DNA of 53,033 nucleotides, the filler included, from Sphacelaria rigidula (Eukaryota), in the NCBI GenBank assembly GCA_964200075.2. It is 4 parts of 4 records of this genome, joined end to end, with 100 filler letters (N's around TTAATTAATTAA, not from the genome) between each part and the next. Parts side by side here need not be neighbours in the genome. Positions count along the whole stretch, not along the records: positions 13,287 to 26,470 come from CAXNAA020003085.1; positions 26,571 to 39,754 come from CAXNAA020003086.1; 2 more parts are not named here. One strand, written 5' to 3'. Numbering within the stretch: the first letter of the stretch is position 1; each line of letters opens with the position of its first letter. The notes below the pieces were generated by a model that did not search any database, was not told the origin of the DNA, and saw only the letters and a list, made by a program, of their open reading frames with translations. Below are positions 25,752-37,852 of the stretch, piece after piece. The position numbers were made by a program, and so were the translations under genes.

Positions 25752-26470
25752 CTGCACATAGGTCGTAACACAAAACAAAAATATTAAGGAGAGAATGATG
25801 CTGACGTCCCCCAAGGTTCAGTTATTCCCGATCCCCTGGACAATCCCCAAGATCAGTCATTCCCGGCGACCAACACCTTGCTCGCTGCCTATATTAGCCC
25901 CCAATAAGAATGAATCAGTCTCTCTGGAACTAGCAACCAGTGTGTGCTACGCTCAGCATCCACGGCAGCTAGTCCTCCATCGGAGCTCAAGTGATCTCAA
26001 GATCAGCCTTGACGGATGCCGCGGTAGCCTTCCCCCTGCCCCCCCCTCTCCCAGAATCAGTAATAAGGAATGGGATAAGATATGTAAACGTTTCCTTGTG
26101 ATGTACGGGAGAAATATTATGAACGACAAAATGTTGGAGGTGACTCCATTAGGAGTAGAAACGGTGCTCCGTCTCGCAAGGGATGCGTGGTCAACGGTCA
26201 AACCACCAAAGCAAGCAACAAATGAGTATCCCTGCCCCCATCTCCCAAGGAAAGTGGCTCGTTTGAGGAAGCAAAATCTACGTGCCGAAGAAAATGACAG
26301 AAGTCATGCACAGCGAGCAATTGGGAACTCCCACACTTGGGATCGTGTTTGCCAATGTCGCCCATATGTGGCGCTATATGGTACTTTTCTTGGTGACAGT
26401 TTGGGGGCGGGGGGGGGGGGGGGGTACTCATGATCATGCTTTCCATAGTCTTAAGACCCTTTACCTCGCA

Positions 26471-26570
26471 NNNNNNNNNNNNNNNNNNNNNNNNNNNNNN
26501 NNNNNNNNNNNNNNTTAATTAATTAANNNNNNNNNNNNNNNNNNNNNNNNNNNNNNNNNNNNNNNNNNNN
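26471..26570. other. Artificial contig linker (N44-TTAATTAATTAA-N44)
   Basis: Same 100-nt linker. Confidence 0.98.
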
Positions 26571-27266
26571 AAACTGCCGTATGTTGGCAAGCACAGATTA
26601 TTGCACACGAATTATTGTTCAGCGGCCAATCTCGAAACCTCGAAGCCAAGCGAATCTGAAAAGTAGGCCAGGCTCCTCTCTGTGGGGTGACGCAAAATGT
26701 CCGAGACGTGTGTTGGCGGTTTTCCCTGTTTGGGGGTCAAAAAGTGGGTCAAACGTCCCCAAAGTGAAGAACCCGTGGGCCAAAAATCTGTTTCGCCATA
26801 CCATCCGGCCTAAATATTGAAATTGAAGGAAGGAATAGAGTGGACCAAATTTTCGGAGTCTCCATGGAGTCTGGTCTGGAACCATATCCCGAACAGTTTC
26901 ACGTTCGCTCCATTTCTCACGCCGATGTCTAACGTTTGCCTAGGTAACTGGCGAGCGGCCTCTATACGTTAGTGATGACCTAGGGCTGTCCTTCAGGGAC
27001 ATCAACGTGAAAATTTTGTCTCCAAGCTCTTGGTGCACGTCGGAAGAAATGGCTGCCGACGAAATTCGGGGTTTTCTTCCGCGGACCAGCTCGTCCTGCC
27101 GTCGCGGTAGTAGACCTTTCGACCAATCTGTCTCTCGTCGAATAGGAGCCATGATAAGCACGCTTTATGCAACCACGCTGTCCTTTCCCGCTCGTTCCAA
27201 ACAAAATCTTCCGCCCCACAGACAAACGGAGCGGCCACAGCTGTAGCTGGCTCAACACCGTGGCGG

Positions 27267-30200
27267 ATGCGGGGGGTGTCTCCACTCTCGTGCTTGTGCT
27301 GCTGGGGGGCATCGGGCTACACAGATGTCCCAAAAGATGCACCGGACGGTATTTACAAGCCTCCCGGTAACAAAAAAAACAGCTCCAACAGGAAAACACT
27401 TGACAGCTCGACCAAAACGGCGGTCGCTACTCCTTTGCCCTCTTCCAACGATGCATGCTGGGATTCCGACACCGGTAATCCGCTGGTGGACAACACACGA
27501 GTGCTGAGGCTTGTATGGTCATTTTCCAGTGCGGAGGCTTTTCTGTTCATTGCCGGAGTGTCACGACATTGGCGTCACGCATGGGGTGGTACGAATAACG
27601 GTAGTTTCCACGAGGATAACGGCAGTAATAGTGGTCGACCGCGGGCCACGGTTACAAGCCTCTACAGCGCTGTGCAATCCACGTCGTGTCTGGCGTGGTC
27701 CAAAGACAGCGGGTTACCATGGAATGAGAAAACAGCGGCCTATGCTGCTGCCCTCGGTGGGTTAGAACAGATCAAGTATGCAAGAAGCCAGGGTTGTCCT
27801 TGGGACGAAATGACGTGCAGCATGGTGGCCTCCACAGGACAACTGGAGCTGCTGAGGTGAAGAGTAATTATTGGCAAAAAGTACTCGTGAGTTGTTCGAT
27901 GAATCGTGTGCGTTTGATTCGATCTCTAGCCAACGTAAGTCGTACAGCGTATATATACACACTCCACACGGGATACCGTCTCGCGAAACATTGTCGATTG
28001 TGAAAGTTCATGTTGGTGGCTTCGCGCTTCTTTTCGCGCTTCTTCTCCGCTACTTCATGTGCTTCGGGTATCTCACTACCGATGTCCAATCCTGTGATCC
28101 AGTTCTGGTGAACTTATGTTGAGTTCGCGTGCGTGCTGTGGAGGATTGAACTGGATCAATTTCGCAAAAATATCCTTCTGTGGGAGTCAATCAACGCTAG
28201 TCTATGAAGTAGCACCATGTAGATTGTGGTCTCTGGGACATACGGAGGGTGAAGACTCGCTGTCACTTCTTTGTTTTTTTCCAGCCCTGTGTGTTTGCCT
28301 TAATGGTGCCGGCATCACTGGTGGCACATGTACACTCCCTTGAAAGGCTTTTAAAAGTAATAGGTAGGCAAAAGTCGTCATGGCGTGGTTATCAGTAGAT
28401 GAGGTATATATGGAACATTTTCGAGCCACTTTTGTCGGACAGTAAGAAGGCATGATTGATCGTGCCCGCTTGCTGTGTAGGAAATAATGCTCCGACCGCG
28501 CGAGTATGGGCGGCCAATGCTGTGGCAGCAAGGCCGTCCCAAAGACAAAATACATGGCAATACGCCACCCTTGGTTTGCATGGACCTTGAACGCACAGAT
28601 GGCTGAGAGACAACGGCTGTCCGTGGGATAAATACACATGTGCAGCGGCAGCGGGGGCAGGATACTTGAAGCTGGTGAAGTGGTGCAGGGCCAACGACTG
28701 TCCCTGGAGCAGATCGACATGTGAATGGGCTGCCGGGGGAGGACCGATCGAGAAGCCTGTGAGGTTAGTTTATCACACAATGGATCAAAACGCTCATGAG
28801 CGGCGTTCACATTGTAACCCGATGGATTCGCTCGCTGGGGGTACCCTTCGGTGTCCCTTGTATCTAACTAGAAAAGGTACAGAGTAGACGGCCTGGATGA
28901 TGATGCCCGATCAAAAGCGTGAGAAACTGCAGGATGGAAAATTGACCCTCTCTGGCAACATGGTGCTACTATGGAGGAAGATAACAAATAGGAATAAAAT
29001 TCACCTATCTTTTGTTTCCTCAGTTGTTATTTTCGTGGGAACACGCGATTAGCACGCGCGAACAACGTGATTCATTGACTGTGAGGTGCCTATGAATGCA
29101 TGGGAGGGACCCATATCGCTGTGATTGTGGACACCTATCCTCCACAAATATGCTCCGCTTTCGTTGCCACGCGCGTGACGTCGTCAGCGCTAGAAGGCTC
29201 AAACTGAGCAACAGTTTTGCAGTTGGTTGTGGTTGAGTGGGAGATGACAGCTCTATTGTACAAGCAAAGTACGTAAGCAATACAATCTTCCATCTCTTGA
29301 TTAACCCTTTTGGGACTGAAGCTCAGTAACAAGGGGTTCACCATGTATTAGTAAAATAATGATAGACAAGTCTGGGAGCGACCAGCCCAATCACGACGAG
29401 ACGAAATGTATCGACCACATCCGAACGCCCAGTGGAGGGGGGCTGTCGCCGGGAGTGATGTCACTGCAAAGTTGGTGTACCCTGTCTCTGGCCCACGAAA
29501 GAAGCCTTCGAAGCAGAAGAAAATTTCAATTGGTCGGGGCTCGGATTCCCGTTTTTTATTTACTTGCATTTCATGTAGGTCCAACCTCCCACCGCCCGGA
29601 TTGTTTTACTCACCATACTAGAGTAAAACCTAGTTGATAACACTAACACGCAGTGCTCGGGGGAAATTCGGGAATATATGTACCCTACTATATATGTGGT
29701 CACGTTCACAAGGCGGTTGAATATGGCAACGCTATGGGACGAGAGACGGAGCTAGAGACATGAGTTCTGCGTATCCCTCTGGTGAAGCAGTACAAGCGCT
29801 GGTGAGGTCGTATGTAATCGATGGTGACGAACAGGCTGTGTATAGGCAGCTGATCTCCGTCGCGGAGAACTGCCAAGAACATGTGAGGAAGTATGCAGCG
29901 GCAGCTGCTGCTGCATTCAGAAAGGCGTGCTGCACTGTTGTACTGTATCTGTGGCGCAACGCCCATGCCGTTCGAAGACAATTTGCCGCTTGCAACAAAG
30001 AGGGAAATCGCGGCCCAACCCGACCACAAAGGGCTGTGTGGCAAGGTGATGGGGATAATATCCAAGGCCGCACGTCGCGGGCGGCGGTTGTCACATCCTG
30101 TGGAAAGCTCTCCACGGCGACTCATACTGCTCGATACATTTGTACATTACCTGATGCGCACATCACCCGAATGCTAGTACAGACAGTTTGCACCTGCACC

Positions 30201-32934
30201 TGAAAATAGATTGGATGAAACTTTCGGTCTTCATCCAACCCTGCGGTTACATACATACGTGGATATTCAGCAACATGAAGCCACTGTTTCATGCATATTC
30301 AGGACACGTCATTCCTAACCAGCATCATCGGTCGTTCTGGAGGCCCAGTTCCAAAAGGGTCAACCCAAGTGTATCATACGGTATACGGTGTGACAGCCAG
30401 TGGAGTTAGGTACCGCTGAGTTATACCCTATTACTCGGCCATTAAAAATAGATTCGGCTGAATTATACGAGAATGAGTTAACTCGAGTTATGGTGAGTTG
30501 AGTTGTCCGACGTGTGTGATCATGCCTCATGATTACCGAACATAACACCCGCAAGAAACATACTGTAAACGTATGCTGTACGTAGTCGGTCATAATGATT
30601 CGGCTGCTCTTTGTCTAAGGGCTGTCGCGCAATGCATGAAAGGTACGCCGAGGGTAAGTGGCTAACGGTCCTCTATAGACCCCATCGACGGGTTTGTTTG
30701 CCACCTCGACGTCGACTCATCACGTCCTGGACCTGGAAGAATGTTATTTCAATATCATTCGTTTATTATTTTGCAGGACGAACATATGTCATACTGTATG
30801 CTGAATGTTTATTCTGATAATTTATATGTTGATCATCAGCACCGCAACTTCAATCGAGACGTGATCAAAGTGATCCTTCATTAGTACGCATACTTTTTCA
30901 TTGAGTCGGAAGTTTGTCAATAGCTAGTTATCTAGGTTTCAAGTATTAGAATATTTGATGCAAAAATATTGATGCGACAAAAGTAGACGATGATCTTGTA
31001 CATGAAAATTCTGATATAGAGGCTCTAACATGTGTAGGTCCACCTGCTGTAGTTGGCATCAAATTGCAACAGCCCTTCACACCCGTGAACATATCTCGCC
31101 CTTTGCTGGACAACCGTTTTGTATGTGTTTTTGGGAGTCGATTTCCATTTCAATGTCGCTTATTCTTCAACGTGTTGAATGATCCTCAAAATTGAGCGAA
31201 ATATCGTCAGGTGTTGATTGCTAGTGACCACCGTCGCAGTTGGATCGACACGACACTTGATCGTGCCCAGTCTCAACACACTATGTACGGGTCACCACAC
31301 TTTACTCAGTTATTCTCTTTACTCGTGTGTCATGGTGACCAAACCTGACATCCGCAAAAAACATACTGTACATGGGCTCCATAGTTGTGTTCATGTGTAT
31401 GTTTCGTGTATGTTTCATGGATCCACCTGTTGTAGGTGGCTTCGAGCACTGACAACCCCTCACACCTGCCGAGCATTTGACTGAACGTTGCAACTATTGC
31501 GTTGCGTGCGCTACATGAACGCGCTGCTGCACTGAAAATAGCTATTGGGGCGTCGGTTGAGCGCGGTGAAGCGAGGTTCACCGGAAATACCAGGGGGTTG
31601 AGTTGGGTTGGATAATACGGAAGTGCGAGTAAGTACGAGGACGTCACTATTATTTCTTTTCAATGTACTTTTATCAATTCGGGCAACGTGACTATAATTG
31701 CTTTTAAATGTACTTTTGTCAATTCGGGCAACGTGACTATGATTGCTTTTCAATGTACTTTTATCAATTCGGGCAACGTGACTATAATTGCTTTTAAATG
31801 CACTTTTGTCAATTCGGGCAATCATCAATCTACTACTGCAGCAGCTGATATCGTGCCCGAGGACGTGATGGCTTCCGCTTGGCTGGCGGCGTGTGCCGTG
31901 TGTATGGCGTCAGACAGCACGCCGGTTCCACGTTGCCGGCTCACTTCACTTGCACCCTACACGTGAAATGTTTGTTCGCAGGCATGTCGTGGCCGCTCGA
32001 CCGCCTGCTGACCCTGCCCCACTTGCCATCGGACCTTGGACATTGTGGATAGTAATATAGAAACATGTTGAAAATATATATTTGCGACCTTTCCTCTTCC
32101 GGCTCTCTGGTTCTGTAAATTTCGAACCAAGGTGCCAAACATACCATACACGAGCCCGCTTGGCTGCACTTGCATGCTCCAATTCTGGATTGGTGGACAC
32201 AACCCGAGACCATGTTTTGTCATTTCGAATTGTACAGTTGACGTTCCAACAACCTCATCGATGTGGTTGTGTGTATTTCCATCGTTCGCCCACAACGTAG
32301 TAAAGGCAGCGAGAGGAGTCATTTTGCGACGTCAATCGTTCAAAATGGGTAAGCAGTACCCCGTTGGCCATTATTTTCATAATCTCGTACAGACAGCAAA
32401 AGTGGGCAAAATTTGGGCATATTTGGATACTCACAAGGCTCTTCTTTTCGCTCATCTCGATGAACGTGTTGGACTCATCCTCAACCTTGATTTTCCTAGC
32501 AGCTTGTTTGATGGGCTTGCTTTTATTGGACAAGATGCCGCCAGCTACTTCACACGTGTACCAGCAACGGAATGGACGAGGGAAAGTGATAAGACAGCAC
32601 CAAAACGCGAGAAAATCCCCGACTGTAGATATGATACCCCGCCCTATCGCTCAACTCTGCAGGTGGTGGACGATCAATCATGATATCGGCAAGGGCGGTG
32701 CTGACAATAGTACTGGCGGCGAGATGGAGTCTAGCAGGAGTGGCGCTGGGTGGGAAAGGGGAGTTGAAGATAAAGCGGTGGCTAAATTTGATTGGTTTGC
32801 CGTCGTAGCTAAGACGCATCAACAGCGTGTGCGTAATCAGATGAGGAACCTGATGGTGCTCAAGTGGTGCCGAAGGAATGCGTGCCCGTGGGATAAGAAG
32901 ACTTGTGTTAGCGCTGCGCAGAAGGGGCACCTCA

Positions 32935-33001
<67 letters not shown>

Positions 33002-36000
33002 TGTGTCTGTGTCTGTGTGTGCACGGGTGGTGCTGTAGGGTGTCAGGAATGAAATACGCACCGTATCGAAACCTACATGTCTCCACTGCCGCTAAAAAAA
33101 AGGCCTATTACAAGACGGACTTTGATCGTTCAAGGAGAAGTTGAGATAAGTACAATAGCTTTGCCTCAAGAGCGTGTTGGCTTTCATTTTCGTCCATATT
33201 CATCGAAATTGATCAAATTGGTCAATTTTTCTCCGCGTTGCTCGCAGAGTGAAAGTGAGGGACGTCTCTTCTATCTCTTAGCTCATTCTTAGCGCACTTT
33301 CTGCTACTGCATAGACAGTCTCCAGGCCATCCTTGGACAATGAAATGATTATCGTCCTTGTGGGCCCCAGTTGGGTCTTTCCAATGAGTCAATGGGCTAA
33401 AATCGAGGCACAGGGCCCACAGATGGGGTGACAATTTTGGCTGGCACGATTTTTGGACCAACCGGAGCCTCCCAATATACCAAAATTCGGCGTCATTTCT
33501 TGAGTCAGATGAGATGATCGAGTGAGAATTGAGTGGTCAAATAGCCGTGATTGGCCCACACATTGCGCCGCTGCCAGTCAGACAGCTACAGTCATCAATC
33601 GCTTGGGATACAGCAGCACCGTTCTGGCTCAGTTTGTTTGCCCCAACCTGCAAGCGTCCGCCTTGCGTGTCTTCTCCGATCACGGCACTCGACTACAACT
33701 GAAGTACCAAAGAAGACGCAACACACAGCTGCATAGTCGTCACGCAATCGTTTCAACTCTGTGTACAGCACTTTGATCCCACCCCAATTCTGTGCAGACC
33801 GAAACACGTCATGCAGCAGTACAACTGTTCAGGCACTCTCCAGCGCACATCACACCATGTTCGTCGTAGAGTGTATAGATGCACAACACCACAGCGACAA
33901 CTACAGCATAGAAATGATGGGTGAGTGTGGGAAGTGCCTTGTTCGTTTGACGGAAGACGAAATAGCCAACACACAACAACAGTGTGTAGACAGCACTAGG
34001 TGCCAACAAACACAATTTTCCTCATATTCTGTAAAGACAAAGGCAGCGACAGTAAGGCAACTGCCGCAATCCCAGCTGAGACCAAACCGTCTTCGCAAAG
34101 ATTCAAACACACCACAGCGCAGTGACAGCTACAGCACATGAGAGGGCGTGAGTGTGTTTGTGCTGCAGCACGGCGAAACAGCACATGTCCCATGTGACAG
34201 TTCTTCCCCTCATTCCACACCATCCTCAATTTTTGCCGAGTGCCGATTTTTAAATGCTCGGGGATGATCGCGCTTCGCGCGAAAATCTTTTAATTCACGT
34301 CGAGTTACCCCTTTGAGTCACCCCCATCTTAGGGTTAGAATGAAAATAGTACGTGGGTACTTTCAGCAATGCAGGGACTTCTTCTTCTTCGTCTTCTTCT
34401 TCTTCGTCTTACCTCCAACCTCTCGCCTTCCTCGGAACAAGTTCATGGTCCAAGGTATCAACCCATCTCTCTCTTCTCTGTCTCTCCCCCGGTACACGCC
34501 TTGCATTTTCGCATAACGGATTAGATCAGCACTCCCGCACCGCGCCGGCTGCAGTCCAAGACACTCAGCGAAGCAGCGAAGCAGCCTCTTTTTGCCACAC
34601 CCATTCTCGCGCTCAACCATGGGACCACGGAAATCAGAGAATTTTGCAGAGACCGCCACTCCTCACGCATCTGGCGGTAACCGAACCTGCCTCTTTTCTG
34701 CGCTAGTGGTGCTTGTTGTACCTCTGCACCACCCGGTGAACGCGGCTTGAATAATTCCACAGATTGAAGGCGCCTGACACGCCGTGCGCCATCTCTCAAA
34801 TCCTGTTGCAGGTATTCGCTCATGGATTCTGATCTGTTGAGCTGTTCCTGACAATTTTGTACACTGCTTCGAGCTGCTTAGATGAAATCTCCGGCCTACG
34901 CATAGACGTTGCAGGTTGAAAAATATGAATGTTTGATTCATGTAATATCCAGGTGTTGCAGTGGTGCAGGGGCCACGGCTGCCCATGGAACAAAGACGTG
35001 TGTGACGCAGCGGCTATGGGAGGTCACCTGGACGTCTTGTGGTGGTGCAGGGCTAACGGGTGTGAGTGGAGCGATGCAACCTGTGTGGCGGCCGCCTACG
35101 GTGGAAACCTTCGCCTCCTCAAGTGGTGCAAGGATAATGGATGTCCGTGGCAGGCGGAGGCTATTTGCCAATATGCTGCATGGAAAGGTCACCTGGAAAT
35201 TCTACAGTGGTGTGTGATGAAAGGCTGCAAGTGGAGCAAGGTCATGTGTGAGGGAGCGGCTCGAGGTGGGCACCTTGAGGTGAGGGCGGTGTGTGCATCT
35301 TGAGGGAAGGTGTATGTGTGCCGGTGGAAGTGTGCATTGGAATGATATGCCATGTACTGAAGCTTAAGAAGAGGGGACAACCAAGTGAACGTCTACGCAT
35401 TCGCCGAAGTTCTTCGTCTAAACAGCTCGAAGCGATGTAAAATTGTCTACAATAGCTCGGCGGATGAGGAATGGCCCAGTGTCTACATGAGCGAATATTT
35501 GCAGCAGGATTTGAGAGATCGCGCACGGTGTTCCAGCCATGTGAATTCTGTGGAATTCAACAAGCCGTGTTCACCTCAAGGGGTCATGTCCACTGCGATT
35601 CCCAGCACCTTTTTTTCATATTGTTCCGAAAACCCACGCCACGTGTCACCACAGGGGCATTTTCATCAGTACAAGAGTAACAATGTATAGCAGGACAAGT
35701 ATCGTACCATGTTAGCACCGTCCGCCTGACTCTATACCACTTAGTGCACGTGTCTCATGTGGAACGTTTTTGCGCATGGATCGTATCGTACTTCTTCAGG
35801 GCTAGGTTGGTCGTCCTTTGACCGCCGGGTTGGATTGTCTGTTGAATCGGCACCAATTTCACCTGAAAAATGAACGAGGCAAGACCGTTATGATCAACCC
35901 TGTCAGCCGAAGGGATGCAGGCAGTGCAGACTGTAGCAGCCACGCGGGGAATGTCTTATGTAAGATGATGCTCGGGCGTCGCCGCTTGTGCTGTCGCGGC

Positions 36001-37852
36001 GCTCGGCACACGTGAACAGAACCTTGCGTGTACATAGCCTGCACATATATGCTCCGCCCGCCTGGGCTACAAGCGAGTTGGGCGGCACATGACATAATCT
36101 GCCTGGCGTTGCAATTGCAGCTCGTTGCGTCAGACAGTTCACTGTTACAGCACAGCATAGTACGTCGTTGTATAGTAGAGTAAGTCTACATGTAGCGGCA
36201 CGCTCGGGGACCAAAGAAGCCGTACACGATGACTTTGCATGACGCTTTCCCTCGGCTGGTCCTTGAAATCACCCATCGGTCCGCCGTCACTAGCAGCTGA
36301 GCAAACTTATCGGTGTCTTGTGCAACAAAGCACGCATAAGGAGGTTCGACGGCGATTGCTTGCATGTTACCAACACTCTGCTCTCTAGTGTACACCCGTG
36401 TGGTTGCTCCAATATTTGTTCACCTTCAGCGAATAGAGCGGCTCCTGATCCTGGTTCATCCACTGGCTTCCAGGGCAAGGAAGCAAGGTTCGGACGAATA
36501 ATCGTCGGTCCAAATCACCAAATCCACGGTTTTTTAGGTCTGATTACTCTGAAGAGATGAAAACGCTGCTCGCTGGTCAAACATGTATCCACGCCTTTTC
36601 TGCGCCATTCCACGTGCGTGGAGTGCGCGTACGCGATTGCAACGCTGAAAACAAGGGCCGAGGGTTGATTCGTATGGTACGAATCAGTTACACGAAAATC
36701 AAGAAAATCCCACACGAATTATTAATTCGTCCGACCCTTGAAAGGAGGCACTGTACGCTTCGTGTATTTTCCACACCCTGGACAAGGAACTACACTGTCA
36801 AAATATGTACTGTGTAAAGCATCAACTATTGTGTCTTTTGCAATAGACAATATATCTCATACGGTACGAAGTAAACTTTTCGACGGTGTAATCTATTGTC
36901 CGGGGTTTGGTGTTTTCGCGGGAGCTTGATAGACTTGTTTCGATTTCACTCTTATGGCCCGTGTCTAGGGTCCAAGCAATAGTAGAGAACAATAATGTTT
37001 TACCGGAGGGTGTGTGCATATTTGAACGCATTTGTGTGGGTGCACGAGCTACCCTACTGCGTCGTGCTGCAGTACACCACAGGATAGTGTAGCGCTGACT
37101 GACAGGGAGTACAATTACGGTCGAGGCAATATATCGCAGTTAAGAGAGGGTGGAATGAGTGGCGGCCTTGAACGATCAACCCCTTTATTGCGAGGGTGGG
37201 TCATGCGGGTCTTGTGCACTCATTTTTCAAGCGAAAATGATGCCAGTTCCACAGATAACACAAGAGGACGATCAAAGGATTCATTATTCATAGATGCTGC
37301 ATCCGATGTAGCAGGCCAAGCCAGCAGCACAACACCCCGAATATAGCGGTACGCCCCCCGATGAACTTTCCCTTTCCGAACTCTCGGGGCGACTTGTTGT
37401 CTCTTGAGCAGCAGGCTATGGTGGATGTTGGTATCATCCTGAGCTATCATCAGTTCTATGTTCTCGAAAATTGCTCATATTTGCGTGCATTCGCATTTTG
37501 CGCCATCGAAAGGCGTTCCCATGATTCAGCCCTCCTTTCTCTCCAAATGCACAAAATACTTTGCTGACCGCCACGAGCATGAATGTCATCGTATCATCAG
37601 GTGCTCAAGTGGTGCAGGGCAAATGGGTGCCCGTGGGACGAAATGACCATTGCATGGGCAGCATATGCACGACAAGCAGAGATACTGGAGTACTGCAAGG
37701 CCAACGGCTGCCCTACGGGAGAATTCGCCAAGGAATGCATTTTGGCCATAGAGCAGGGTACGCTATCGGACGCTTCAATTATGACGATAATGTTTTCGGG
37801 GAACGCCACGTGGTTCAGGGAAAAGGCCTCACGCAGTGGGGCTGATGATTAA
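27267..37852 (+). CDS. Ankyrin-like repeat protein (WCRxNGCPW..TC..AA..GHL repeats) with F-box-like N-terminal motif
   Basis: Five exons with compatible phases: 27267-27856 (start codon tentative; LRLVWSFSSAEAFLFIAGVSRHWRHAW, GCPWDEMTC), 28599-28763 (WLRDNGCPWDKYTCAAAA; phase 2-2), 32663-32936 (..VLKWCRRNACPWDKKTCVSAAQKGHLK; phase 2-0), 34953-35279 (VLQWCRGHGCPWNKDVCDAAAMGGHL..; phase 0-0), 37601-37852 (VLKWCRANGCPWDEMT..stop). All boundaries are GT-AG. Confidence 0.88.
31643..31821. repeat. 45-bp tandem repeat, ~4 copies, in ankyrin intron 2
   Basis: Unit GTGACTATAATTGCTTTTAAATGTACTTTTGTCAATTCGGGCAAC, with units starting at 31688, 31733 and 31778 plus a diverged first unit. Confidence 0.95.
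32937..33020. repeat. (GT)n microsatellite starting at the splice donor of ankyrin exon 3
   Basis: CTCAAG|GTGTGTGT... about 32 units, then GTCT variants. Confidence 0.98.
34735..35575. repeat. Inverted repeat pair (arms 34735-34910 and 35388-35575) flanking ankyrin exon 4
   Basis: For example, 34782-34824 versus the reverse complement of 35486-35528 matches at 39/43 nt, and the complementarity continues collinearly over ~180 nt. Confidence 0.92.

Noticed and set aside
29706-30203. Extra exon or nested gene in ankyrin intron 2
   Set aside because: No CPW repeat or other recognisable domain, and exons 2 and 3 already join in frame. It is probably decayed TE sequence.
31643-31821. CRISPR array or repeat-protein exon (HVARIDKSTLKSNHS)n
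   Set aside because: It is a pure 45-bp tandem repeat with no spacers; the ORF is a by-product of a unit length divisible by 3.
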